A stretch of DNA of 64,000 bases from Octopus sinensis (GCF_006345805.1 NC_042998.1:56978001-57042000); one strand, 5' to 3'. Numbered from the stretch's first letter, positions 38,718-51,510 are shown. A program made the numbers and translations. Notes: generated by a model not told the origin, from the letters alone.

Positions 38718-40378
38718 TATATATATATATATATATATATATACACGATGACCTTGCCTTCAATAGTTTCCACTTACCAAATTCACTCATAACATATTAG
38801 TCAGCACAGGGCTAATAATAGATGTCATTTGCTCCAGGTGCCGCACAGTGTGACTGAATCCGAAATCACATGGTTGTTAAGGCGAGCTTCTTAACTTCAT
38901 AACCATCAGTAAAATGTTATACAGTTGCATGAAATTGTATTGTAGTAAGGTATTACAGCTGTCGTTGTTGGTTTGCTCTGACCCAGTAGAACTAAGATCG
39001 TGGCATTCCAGTCATAGTCTTATGCTGCTTCTAGTTCAGCTATTAAACCTAGTCCTCTAGGGTGTCTAGGACTACATCATGTAAACTATGTCGAGGGCAG
39101 CAGGCTGGCAGAATCGTTCGAGCATCGGATAAAAATGCATAGCAGCTTTTCTTCAGACTCATGTTCCACCGGGGGTCGTCTTCGCTTTCATCCCTCCGGT
39201 GTGGATAAAGTAGAGTACCAGTCAAGTACTGGAGTCGATGTAATCAACTACCATTCTTTTCCAAAACTGCCGGCCTTGCACCAAAACTTGAAACAATCAC
39301 TAAATCTGTGACCTTGTTTTTTTTTGTAATCGTTGAGTGTGATTTGAGGGATATTTGTTTAATTTTTATTCCTAGCAAGTCATGCAGTTACGTAGAGACT
39401 CCTTTCTTGATCCGAGTGAAGTGTACAAAGATAATCAACCCTAACAAACATTGTATTGTCATTAATTTTTAGGGTTGTGCCTGATGCTACAAATTAATTG
39501 AGCTAATCAACTCATTGATCGATTCCGAAGGAAATCATTTGTCTCGAGCCTTAGGATTCATAAGGCCAGTTACTCGGTTTCCATGGAGTATAAATGGCTG
39601 AGATCATTACAGTTCTCCTGAATGGGAGGCCGGTCCGTTGCAGGGCGCAAGGTCAGCAATTTGGAGATGGGGAGGCAAGTCGTTTACATCAACTTCAGTA
39701 CTTGAATAATACTTTACTTTATCAACCCCAGAAGAACGAAAGGCAAAGTTGACGTCGGCGGGATTTGAAATCAGAACACAAAGAGCCGGAAGAATTGCCA
39801 CTAAAAGATTCTGCCAGTTAAACGCCATCGAAGAAATGTCAGTAAAACAAAAAAACAAAAAAACAATAATTTGAACTTACGACGCAAAGCTATGTTTCAG
39901 TTAGTACTTATTATACAAATATATATCGACTGATTATTAGATCTAAAAACCGGTGGAGGATTTGTACAGCTGATAAAGAACGCGGAATTATTTGTACAGA
40001 TATTTTGAATGATCTCTTTCGTTGTTTATTCTCTAAAGAGAATGTATAGAACAAAGCTATTTCTAGGCTACCATAGATAAGAAGACAAAAATAACAGTTA
40101 TGAGTTTCTGTGGTTATTTTTCAGTTTGAATTGATGCAGATTAACGGAAAGTGAGTAAAAGCGATAGCAGAGAGGGAATTCTTAACGAGATATAGAAGTA
40201 TTTATTGGCTGTTTCGTTTCTTGGTTCTGAGAATATTTTTGAGTACCAACGTTTTAATATTTCAGCTTTATATTTAAGAGATGAGGAATCATGTACATTA
40301 TTTATATTATTTATATTATTTATTTATATCATTATTTATTATTATATTATTTATTTTGTCCTCATCTTGTTTGTTGTT

Positions 40379-40408
40379 AACACAACGTTTTGGCCTTCTT
40401 CAGGTGTC
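40379..40408 (-). ncRNA. Degenerate minimal hammerhead (left arm)
   Basis: GACAC-CTGAAGA-A-GGCC-AAAA-CGTT-GTGTT; stem II collapsed, G12 to A. Confidence 0.5.
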
Positions 40409-40583
40409 TTGGGGAAATTTCGAACCTGGGTTCTCATTCCTAAGGTATTTTCGTTGTTGTTGTTGTTATTATTCAGGTCACTTTTTGGAATTGAACTCGG
40501 AATCTTAGGTTTAGTAGCCCGCGCTCTTAATCCCAAGATTCCGGGTTCAATTCCAGGCAGTGACCATAATGATGATGATGATG

Positions 40584-40622
<39 letters not shown>

Positions 40623-40669
40623 TCGAAAAATACCTTAGGAATGAGAACCCAGGTTCGAAATTTTCCCAA

Positions 40670-40712
40670 GACACCTGATGAAGGCTGGAGGGTATATCAG
40701 CCAAAACGTGTT
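40670..40712 (+). ncRNA. Degenerate minimal hammerhead (right arm)
   Basis: GACAC-CTGATGA-A-GGCTG-loop-CAGCC-AAAA-CGT-GTT; G12 to A and a short deletion at the cleavage site. Confidence 0.55.
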
Positions 40713-40804
40713 AACAACAGACAAGATGAGGACAAAATAAATAATATAATAATAAATAATGATATAAATAAATAAATTCAGTCATAACATGCTGTTTATA
40801 ATTG

Positions 40805-41270
40805 GTAAGGTCAGCTTTGCCTTTCATCCTTCCAGGGTCGATAATAAATGTACCAGTTGAACACTGGGGGGTCAATGTAATCGACAAATCCCTCCCACTT
40901 AAATTCTTGGCTTAGTGCCAAAATTTGGAATCATTATTTAAAGTGGTGATATGTTGGAATCGTTACTGCATCGGACAAAATGCTTAGCGGTATTTCGTCC
41001 AGTTCAAATTCCGTCGAGGTCGACTATGCCTTTCATCCTTTCGGGGTCGATTAAATAAGTACCAGGTACGCACTGGGGTCGATACAATCGACTTAATCAG
41101 TTTGTCTGTCCTTATTTGTCCTCTCTGTGTTTAGTCCCTTGTGGGTAGTAAAGAAATGGGTATTTCGTCCAGTTTTACGTTCTGAGCTCAAATGCTGTCG
41201 AAGTCATTTTTACCTTTCAATTTTTCGAGGTTTATAAAATAAAATACCAGTCAGGTACTGGGGTTCATAT
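40805..41270 (+). mobile_element. Cluster of family E copies
   Basis: Three consecutive partial or full copies showing both tail types. Confidence 0.8.
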
Positions 41271-41719
41271 AAACTCCTTCCCTCACTTGTGCCAATAGAA
41301 AGAATTGAATAGAATGCCTAGCGGTATTTGTATTGACCCTTGCTATTCTGAGTTTTAATATCATCAAAGTCAACTCTGTCTTTCCTCCTTTCTGGGTTTA
41401 TAAAAATGCATCAATCTAGAATACTGGATTGGTGGAATCGTAAGAATACCAGACTGGATGTTTTAGAGCATTTGATCTGACTCTGCGTTCTACGTTCAAA
41501 CCTAGTTGTGGCATTCTTGGGTTGTAGACTTAATAAGTCTATTAGTCATACATTACAGCTTGAATCCTTGAACGCCTTTATCAGAGTTACTGGTATTCGG
41601 ATCAAGTCTTAGACTTGAGGATACCTTCCTTCTCACCAGTCTTTGAGACTCCGTAAATGAACGCATGCACAGCCTTTCCTCCTGATTAAAATAATAAATC
41701 TTTCAAATTATGGCAGAAA

Positions 41720-41880
41720 GCCAGCAACTTTGAACGGTGGGAGGAATTCGATTACATAAATTCCAGTACTTGACAGGTACTTTATTTTATCGACCTCGAA
41801 CGGATGGAAGGCAAAGTTAATCTCGATGGAAATTTAACAATGAGAGCCGGAAGAAATGGCACTAAGCAGTTTATTTGATG
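41720..41880 (-). mobile_element. Family E copy (diverged)
   Basis: GGTACTTTATTTTATCGACCTCGAACGGATGGAAGGCAAAG. Confidence 0.7.
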
Positions 41881-42115
41881 AGCTATATTAACCAATGTAT
41901 TACTATTCTTCTGGGACGACAGTTTAGGATTAAAGGATGATGCATATTGAACTCCAGCATCACCTATGATTTAAAGTGATGAGTCACTGCTTTATTGCTC
42001 CGCTGTTCATTGCATCATAGTTCAGTGTCATATTTTCCCATACATTACTGTTCACTGCTCTGCTATTTACTGTGTTGCAGATCAATGATTATGGAACTAC
42101 TTCACGACTATTTAC

Positions 42116-42532
42116 AGATCTTTTCGGTTTGAAGGGCAGTTTTTTCTAGCGGTGTCATATGAAATTGTCACCCATAATTATGACCCTAGTATCGATCTAT
42201 TGCATTTCAATCTGTTTTAGGGTTAGGGTTAGGGGTGGGGGGAAGGGTATCTTTTTTTCTTTAGAAATGTAAATAAACCCAATCTGTTTCTTAAACGAGG
42301 GACATATTCATACGGCACAGATTGTTTTCACCTCAATAGACGTCATTGATTGGTTGAAATTGCAGAAATTGAAGATAAAAAACAACAAATATCTTACAAT
42401 CTTTAGAATTTTCTCAATAAATTCAAGAGGAAAAGATGTTTTATGAACACATTCTACCAGTATACGAAGTTTAAAAGTGTTTAGTTACGTGGAAATTATT
42501 TTTGAAAACTGCCGTTCAAACCGAAAAGATCC
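42116..42532. mobile_element. 417-bp MITE with ~27-bp TIRs and 8-bp TSD CTATTTAC
   Basis: TSD at 42108-42115 and 42533-42540; TIR (A/G)GATCTTTTCGGTTTGAA.GGCAGTTTT; internal (TTAGGG)3 at 42217-42234. Confidence 0.9.
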
Positions 42533-43024
42533 CTATTTACTAATCCACTGGTCACTACTCTCACCATTCGCTGATGATTTACACGAAGGTAATCCAATAC
42601 TGTATCTGTATACCTATCGACTGAAATTGTTGAGCCAAGCTCCGTTTTTATCTTGAGATCAGATATGCTGGAAGGCGATGAAGTATTTTATCCTCATAAT
42701 TGCAAACATGACTTCAAAGTTGAGCAATGATTTAATTTACATTTTACTTCAAAATACAACAAATACAACTTTCTTCTTTTCTACAGCAATCGTCACGTCA
42801 CGACATATGAGAAAATGTCCATCAAATGTTGCTGTTTGAAACTCTGTATAGTTTGCTGTCAATGAAACCACATTTATTGAAATTGGAGAAAAGAAAACAA
42901 AAACAAAACAGAGAAGTAGCAATAATAAACCCCCGTCAGCATATGCCAACCAGATAGCTTTCCTGTGACAAAGTGAATTGTTTTTCGTGCTCTTAAACTG
43001 TGAGAAGGCGTCTGTAGGAAAATA

Positions 43025-43650
43025 TGTACATACGAACGTACGTACGTACGTACGTATGTATGTATGTGTATGTATGTATGTATGTATGTATGTATGTATG
43101 TATGTATGCATGTCTGTCTGTCTGTCTGTCTGTCTGTATGTGTGTGTATGTATGTATGTACGTACATATGTAATATGTATTATGTATGTATGAATGTATG
43201 TATGTATGTATATGTATGTACGTACGTACTATGTATGTATGTACGTACGTATGTATGTATGTACTTACGTACGTACGTATGTATGTATGTATGTATGTCT
43301 GTATGTGTGTGTATGTGTGTCTGTATGTGTGTGTATGTGTGTGTATGTGTGTGTATGTATGTGTGTATATGTATGTACGTAGTACTATGTATGTATGTAT
43401 GTACGTATGTATGTATGTATCTATGTGTGTCTGTCTGTATGTATGTACGTATGTATGTATCTATGTGTGTCTGTCTGTCTGTATGTATGTATGTATGTAT
43501 GTATGTATGTGTGGATGTATGTATGTATGTATGTATGTACGTATGTATGCATGTGTGGATGTATGTATGCATGTATGTATGGATGGATGTACGTATGTAT
43601 GTGTGGATGCATGTATGTATGCATGCACGTATGTATGTACATGCAGGTGT
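43025..43650. repeat. Compound (TATG)/(TACG)/(TCTG)/(TG) microsatellite
   Basis: Seen directly; source of the long MYVC ORFs. Confidence 0.95.
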
Positions 43651-44294
43651 TTGCGTGTACCGGTGTTAGAAGATATAAATGTCATCTGAACGAAATTACA
43701 TCCATTTGCTGGCACGCGTGTATATTGTATATGTGTGCATGTGTGTATACGTGTATGTGTAAGTGCATATGAACATACGTGCGCGTGGGTGTCTGCATGT
43801 GTGTATGTACGATGTATGCGTCAGGGTTTGCATTTGTGTTTGCGTACATGAGTAAGTTTGAGGATATTAAATATTTTTTTTACGTGAACGTACGTATGCT
43901 TGCTTCTGTATGTATATATGCATACATGTGTGTATGTGTTTGTGTATATATGCATGTATGTAAGTGTGTGTGTTTGTCTACGCATGACTCCGTGTTTGTC
44001 TTAGTCGTGTCAGTGCTGTGTCTGTGTGCCTGAAACCGAAGATCACATAACCTCTTTCCTTTCTTTGCTAAACACAGGTGAAACGAAGTCACGCGTCAAC
44101 TATCTGTATTTTCCACATAACTGTTATTCTTAATTAGTAGTATCTCTCAAGGTATTAGAACTCTTACTGGCAGCAAAAATAGTGGATAAGGAAACTTTGC
44201 AACATTCATCCAAATACTTAAACCTTTTAAATAAATAATAACAACATGTCAGAAATCAAGAGACGGCCTTGGTATCAATATTTCAACTAAAGTT

Positions 44295-44497
44295 GTAAGG
44301 TAGCAGAGATGTTAGCATGCATATAGGCATTTCTTCCGTTTTTATGTTCTGAATTCAAATTCTGCTGAGGTCGACTTTGCCTTTCATCCTATCGGGGTCG
44401 ATAAAATAAGTACCAGTTGATCTCTGAGGTTAATACGACCAACTTACCCCCCCCCCCACAAACTGTTGAACTTGTGCCAGAATTTGAAGCCAATATT
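44295..44497 (+). mobile_element. Family E copy
   Basis: Core GAGGTCGACTTTGCCTTTCATCC and AATTTGAAGCCAATATT tail. Confidence 0.78.
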
Positions 44498-44704
44498 TCG
44501 GCTAACGTGTGTAACAATTTCAGTTCGTTTCATCAGAGTTCATTTCGTTATTGCTCCACCGTTTAATGGTACATCGTTCACTGTACCAGTGTTGACCACA
44601 ACACTGTTCCTACTTCAACGATCGCCATTTTACTGGTCGATATGCATAGCTGTTCTGTTTTGCTGTTCACCTCATCACTGTTCACTATCACCTTTTTCTT
44701 ATAA

Positions 44705-44939
44705 TACTTATTTCTTTATTACCCACAAGGGGCTAAACACAGAGGGAACAAACAAGGACAGACATAGGTATTAAGTCGATTACATCGACCCCAGTTCGTA
44801 ACTGGTACTTAATTTATCGACCCCGAAAGGATGAAAGGCAAAGTCGACCTCGGCGGAATTTGAACTCACAACGTAACGCAGACAAAATACCGCTAAGCAT
44901 TTTACCCGGCGTGCTAACGTTTCCGCCAGCTCACCGCCT
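44705..44939 (-). mobile_element. Full family E copy
   Basis: Close match to 62697-62927 and to the reverse complement of 3834-4280. Confidence 0.9.
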
Positions 44940-45910
44940 AAAACACAAATACTGCTTACTACTATGTTACTGATCAATGATTACGGGATTATGACATCAT
45001 TCTTCACTTCCCCACCGTTCACTAACGCACTATTAACTCTTCATTGCATTACTGATCAGTTATCACGGCTTTTTTTTCTGCCCCACTGTACACTGTATTA
45101 CTATTCTCTACCTCTTCGTTCACTAATTCATTAACGCACTGCTAACTTATCAGTTTACCAGTTTTACTGTCCCAGTGTTTACTTGCACATTGTTCTGTGC
45201 CACACCATTCTCAGCATCACTGTTCGTTATACCACTGATTTTACCATCCAATTGTTTATGCAGCACTATATTAACGCGAACTCACATCATTTTTCACGGC
45301 GTTAACTGTCCCACCGTTCACTGTGTAACTGTTCAGTAGCGCACTATTGACTGTTTACTGAGGGATGTTTTATAGCCTCACGTTTACTCACCCAGAATTC
45401 ACTTTATTTAAATTTACAACATCACTCTTTTACTGTTCACTATCGCATTGTTCAATACTACTATGTATTCTACGTTACTATCCACTGTCAATTGTTCCAC
45501 TGTAAATTTCATCGCTATTCATTAACACAACTGTTCATGTGCTCAATCTTCACGGCTTTACTACCTGCTGTTCATTACCCTTTTGTTCGCCATTCCCATC
45601 GTTAACTGCCCTAACGTTAACTGCATTACAAATCACCACATCATTCTTCATCACTTTCCTGTTTACTACTCCGCTATTTACTATCTCACTAATAACTTCA
45701 GTGGAGCACAACGAGCCAGCAGAGAGAAGCTCTAGGTAATCGATAATCTGCTAGAAATAGCAGCCAAATAGCGCCCAAATTACACTTTGTTGACTTCAGA
45801 AGGGAGGCACTCGTCGGGCTATCAAATTTTTGGTATCCATTCTGCTTTTACCTTTATATATTAGAGTATATGATGCCTTCCTCCAATTTTTTTCGGTGAT
45901 TTCCCACTGA

Positions 45911-46144
45911 AGTAGCGTCGCTAAATCTTATTTGCATGATTTTAAGAGGACTACAGGAAACCAACCAATACCCGTCGCAGAGTTTAAGCTCATTTCATTT
46001 GTGGCCAGTGTTACACAATGCTTTGAAAGAAGTATCTTGAATAGCGTAGCTAAAGCTTATTTATATGATTTTAAGAGGATTACAAGGAAACAATCAAAGC
46101 CCGTTGCAGAGTTTAAGCTCATTTCATTTGTGGCCAGTGATACA
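45911..46144. repeat. Two ~105-bp direct repeats (45911-46016, 46041-46144)
   Basis: Shared GATTTTAAGAGGA...GCAGAGTTTAAGCTCATTTCATTTGTGGCCAGTG. Confidence 0.85.
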
Positions 46145-46367
46145 CGTTTCTTTTTTATGTCGAAATAACCAGGTTTGCGGCGATGCTGGAGCACCACCCC
46201 GAAGGGGTTTTAGTCGACTTGTTTTTTTGAAACCTAGTACTTATCCTATCGTTCCCCTTTGACGAACCGGTAGTTTACGGGAACTTAAATACACCAAGAC
46301 CGGTTGTCAAACGGTGATGGGTGAGGGAAAACACTGACATAAAGACAAACACATACACACACGTATA

Positions 46368-46421
<54 letters not shown>

Positions 46422-46704
46422 TAAAAAGAATTCCAACCTTGTCTGATTTTCACGTTTTATTTACAATCTTATAATGATATAAGATAATATAATATAATAA
46501 AATAAAATGAAATAATAGAATGTTAAATCTTCATTCTGATTGAACTAGTACTTTCATGCATTAAATTCAGCAATCTTCAGGTTCATGTAGTAGTGGTGAC
46601 AGTCATGCTTCACAATTTTTGACTGTAGAGAGATGATTGAATCTGTGCCTTAAATACAGCTGTGTGGGCTCCAGATTGCTAGGTTTTGCAAACTGTATAT
46701 ATAT

Positions 46705-46754
<50 letters not shown>

Positions 46755-47567
46755 AATATATATACGAGATCTCATTCGTCTATTTGAATTCGGAAGTACT
46801 GGTCGTTAGATGTATGTTGTCTGATGTCGCCTGGTCAGATAAGTATGTTTAATTTTTCACTGCTCTCAAATTTAAAATCTTGAATTACTGTACTGAAGAA
46901 GAGAATGGGAGAGTACAAATATGATTTTGCATTTTTCACATCTCTCTAACTCCGAAACGCGTATACAGTTAATCAAAGCCAGGTGGATTCATTATTTTTT
47001 TCTCTTTATCTGCGTGAGTTGTTGAGCTTTCCTGTCTGGGAGTTTTTCTTATGGTGGTGAAATAGTTAGTTTTAACTGCTATTTCTAAATTTCGTTATGT
47101 GGTTAAACAAATTTTTGCTGAACCCTAATTATAATTATACTCATAACTATAGAATTTTTGTATATATATATATATTTGACAATTATTCGGTAGTTTCGGA
47201 TGCCGAGGTGGAAATCTACGCCACCATCTCTTCAGTTATCCGGCCATCGGAAAAACGCTATGAAAAATGACCGTTATACAAAGGGAAATTATTGTGTTAT
47301 TGACCGCTATTAAGACAAAAGAGCTATTCGAATGACCGCTAAGTAAGGTAAGGGGGTAAAAAGTTCATAGTATTCGCGTAAGCGCGCCTGTTCATACCTA
47401 CACATATGCGCCCGTACACCACGTGCGTATGCTTACATTCATCCACCCTCACTTCTTTCACTTTCCGTTTATCAAATCCACTCACAAGGTATCACTCAGT
47501 GGGACTCTACCCGGAACTTTGAGTTGGGAAGCTAGCGTCTTACCACACAGCTACACCTGTGAACTCT

Positions 47568-47665
<98 letters not shown>

Positions 47666-48864
47666 GCTTACTGTTCCAATATATGTAGGATCAAGAAAAA
47701 GTACTCGATCCAGTGAAAGATAAATCTCATTTAATATACACAGTATTTAAGTAAGAGCTGCTAATACTTTTATGCTGTTGAATGGAAACACAATAATTCG
47801 GCAGATTTATACAATGTACCTTGTGTCTCCAAGCAATTCTTCACGCTCACTGAAAAATGTTTAGTCCTATTAGAAAACTAAGAATCTGATCGATGAGAAA
47901 ACACGCGAAAAAACAAGACAGTTGATGCAAAAATGGGAAACTGGAGTACAAAGGCTGGATAAAAAACGGAAAAGAAAGAAAGGAAAAGAATTACTCAATT
48001 CTAAATTTGAAACTTTTAGCAAATGCAAGCACATGGACAAATTTCTTTTGTCGAACTAGAGGACACCACCTTCTCCAGACTGAACTGTTGTCTCGCAGAC
48101 TTTGACCTCTTCCCCGTTGAACGATTCTACTTCAACAAAATTAATTATGATTTCGAAAGATAAAGGGGACGCAACACTTGGCTTCTCTTCTTTTCTTTGG
48201 TGGTGGTTATTTTGTTGATTATGTTGTTAGTGATGGTGGTGGTGTTGTTGTTGCTGATGCTGGTGATTTTGGCAGCGGTGATGGTAGTGGTGGAGATGCT
48301 GGTAGTTGTGATTTTGGTGTTAGTGGTGGTGACGCTGATAGAACAGGAATAAACAAAGTTGACTGCAGTTTAACAGATCGCAATCTTAGGGATCAAAGTT
48401 CAAATTAAGTTAGAGGCAATATAGCCTTTTGTCCTATGCGAATGGATATCCTATCAATATGTTGATATCGATAATATCGATGAATATAAACTTTGTGTCC
48501 AGTCAAAACAATGTGTTATATTATATGGTTAGTTTTATAACATTCATTTTATCGCTGTCTTCCAGAATTTTCTTTACCCACTCTGACATCTTCTCACAAC
48601 CTCCACTTCTTCCTCGAAACTAATTATATAGAGTAATTAATTAATTACTAATTACCTTCAGATTAAGTTTACTGACTCATCACTTCCTTTTCTCGTTCGA
48701 CTAAAATTCAGTCGTCATAGCGTAAACTACACACGCATCATTCAACTACAAATATACATAAAAAGATTACTCTCTCTTTTTCTTTCTCTCCCCCTCTCGC
48801 TATATGTATATGCGCGCGCGCGTGCACACACAGAGAGAAGGACATTTTATATCTATGTATATAT

Positions 48865-49255
48865 TCTTTTACTCTTTTACTCTTTTACTTGTTTCAGTCA
48901 TTTGACTGCGGCCATGCTGGAGCACCGCCTTTAATCGAGCAACTCGACCCCGGGACTTATTCTTTGTAAGCCCAGTACTTATTCTATCGGTCTCTTTTTG
49001 CCGAACCGCTAAGTGACGGGGACGTAAACACACCAGCATCGGTTGTCAAGCAATGCTAGGGGGACAAACACACACACACACACACACATATATACGACAG
49101 GCTTTTTTCAGTTTCCATCTACCAAATCCACTCACAAGGCATTGGTCGGCCCGGGGCTATAGCAGAAGACACTTACCCAAGATGCCACGCAGTGGGACTG
49201 AACCCGGAACCATGTGGTTGGTTAGCAAGCTACTTACCACACAGCCACTCCTGCG

Positions 49256-49257
<2 letters not shown>
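48865..49257 (-). mobile_element. Full-length SINE family A
   Basis: Complete head, core and tail as at 5912-6325. Confidence 0.9.
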
Positions 49258-49326
<69 letters not shown>

Positions 49327-49511
49327 ATGCATGTACAGACCCCTGTCTTTTTGTCTTTTTCTACGCATACACATGAATAAGTAGGTGGTCTACTTAATGT
49401 GCCTGCCGCGAGTTCTTTAGACAAAACACGATCACACACGCACACACACACTCACTCAGAAGCTTTGCATAGACGTGTTCATCTAACCATCTAACAAGAT
49501 GCAGAAGGAAA

Positions 49512-50040
49512 AAGTGAAAGTTGTGGCGAAAGAGTCAGCAGAAGTTCGCCATTACCTTCTGCCGGAGCCGCGTGGAGCTTAGGTGTTTCGCTCATAAGCA
49601 TACATATCGCCTGGTCTGAGATTCGAACCCGCGATCCCTCGACCGCGAGTCCGCTGGTCTAACCGCTAGCCCATGTGCCTCTACACACACAAATTTATAG
49701 CCCCAAACACAAATGCGCGCGCGCGCGCGCGTGTGTGTGTGTGAAGACACGTGGCCTACTATTTCTGGTGTTGCACTCACGATCGCAACATCTTGGTTTT
49801 GAATTCCCAGTCCCGCAAATGAAGTTTTGCGACGCAAAACATTTCATTTCATGCTGCTCCAAACCATTCAGCTGCAAATGGATGACCCTGCGACAGTCAA
49901 GCTTCCGTACAGGGCGAGCGATGGCCTGCCTGCCTGCCTGCCTGCCTAATCAGCGGAATGACATCATTCGAAAACTAAAACAATGCAAGGAAGCGTGTTG
50001 TATACAACGACGTCCGATAGTCTGGTCGATACAGTGACAA
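49512..50040. mobile_element. Divergently oriented SINE pair: family B head (-, 49512-49682) and a degenerate SINE (+, 49745-50040)
   Basis: tRNA-like heads; the second ends with AAAACAATGC...TCTGGTCG like family B. Confidence 0.65.
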
Positions 50041-50399
50041 ACACACGTATATGCATGCACACTGCCTAAATACCAATCTTGAGAAATTAAGCTTCTCAAA
50101 AACAGATAGGAGAAAGCTGATTCGAAGACTGCAGATCCAAGCCATCATTGGAACTGTAAAAATCTATAAAACATTCCAATCGTTTATCATTTAAGTATAT
50201 ATGAGCGTGTTTAGATGTGCAATTATATGCATGAGAAGGCATACATAAAACAAACCATTTAATCTGCGTGTACATATACATTCACACATAGAAAAATACT
50301 CTGTTGATGTTGTTGAAATTGCAATGAAGGAGCTTTGGATCTAAATTAGAAACCGGTTCTTTCTGTATTGACAAAATATCTTGAAATATAACTGAATAA

Positions 50400-50772
50400 T
50401 GACATACATACATGCATACATACATATTTTCATACATGCATACATACATGCATACATTCATACATAAATACATACATACATACATACATACATACATACA
50501 TACATACATACATACATACATACTACATACATAAATACATGCATATATACATACATGCATACATACATAAATACATGCATACATACAAACATACATGCAT
50601 ACATACATACAAACATACATGCATACATACATGCATACATGCATACATACATACATAAATACATGCATACATACAAACATACATGCATACATACATGCAT
50701 ACATACATACATAAATACATACATACATACATACATACATACATACATACATACATACATACATACATACTG
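50400..50772. repeat. (CATA)n/(CATG) microsatellite
   Basis: Seen directly. Confidence 0.95.
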
Positions 50773-50889
50773 CTACATAACATCACACACTTCGAATGCT
50801 CAGCACTTGCAATCCTAGAACAGGATCGTGTTGCGAAATATCTTATAAACAAGAGGCAGTGAAGCCCTTGGAGCTTCTAGATGCAATCG

Positions 50890-51510
50890 AAAATGTAGAC
50901 TACGTCATATTATTCTGGAAAACATCCCACATGTGATTGGCAGCTGCTCCCAAAATATCGTCATGCTATTACCTCCCTATGCGACACAACGTTGTTGCAA
51001 AAACAATACGTAATGCCATTAAAAAACAAAAAAAGACTGCCCTGAAAATAAACAGAGAATTCTGCCCCGCCACTCACCCCGTTATTGACTATATACACAA
51101 ACATCAACACAAGTTGTACTGGCGGAACATTCCCATCAAAACATCTGTCAAGTGTAAACATAACAGGCTGGATATATTGTTGTTTGGAAAAGACAAAAGA
51201 AATATGTAACGTCATAGACGTCAGCTGTCGTACTGATGTGAATATTTCTTTGAAAATCAAAGAGAAAGGGGATTACTATGGACAAGTGCTTCGAAACCTC
51301 CAGCTTGTATATACAGGTTATAAATTCAAGCTTATACCAATGATAATTGATGTACTTTGTTTTGTGAGTAAACGCCCAAGTAGCAATCTGGATAAACTAA
51401 GGTTTTCAGATAAAGAAATCGACCATCTTACTCGCACATTAGAAATACGATCTGAAAGTGGAACAGCAAAACTATGGAAGGCATTTCTCAATTTAAAATG
51501 TGGCATTGTT
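50890..51510 (+). pseudogene. C-terminus of an RLE-type non-LTR retrotransposon (R4/Dong-like): CCHC remnant plus restriction-like endonuclease
   Basis: KCRL...ENIPHVIGSC, RHNVVAKTI, KHNRLDIL, VIDVSC...KIKEK...Y, IPMIID, GTAKLWKAFL across frameshifts. Confidence 0.78.

Larger units (their letters stand above)
40315..40775. mobile_element. Fold-back element: tRNA-like head, (AAT)n/(AAC)n, hammerhead-bearing tail in each arm
   Basis: Arms about 40315-40509 and 40532-40775; B-box GGGTTCAATTCC; CTGATGA/CTGAAGA cores. Confidence 0.85.

Noticed and set aside
42217-42234. (TTAGGG)3 as a telomere or fusion site
   Set aside because: It is internal to a TSD-flanked MITE and only three units long.
18595-46144. 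Direct repeats (60-bp pair, 34-bp units, 105-bp pair) as CRISPR-like arrays
   Set aside because: Two to three copies only, no series of unique spacers, no cas genes, eukaryotic context.
47170-47260. Minus-strand CTGAAGA...stem...GAAAC hammerhead-like core
   Set aside because: I could not form stem I or a convincing stem III/NUH site.
48178-48408. Gly/Asp-rich ORF
   Set aside because: GGT/GAT low-complexity sequence without a domain.
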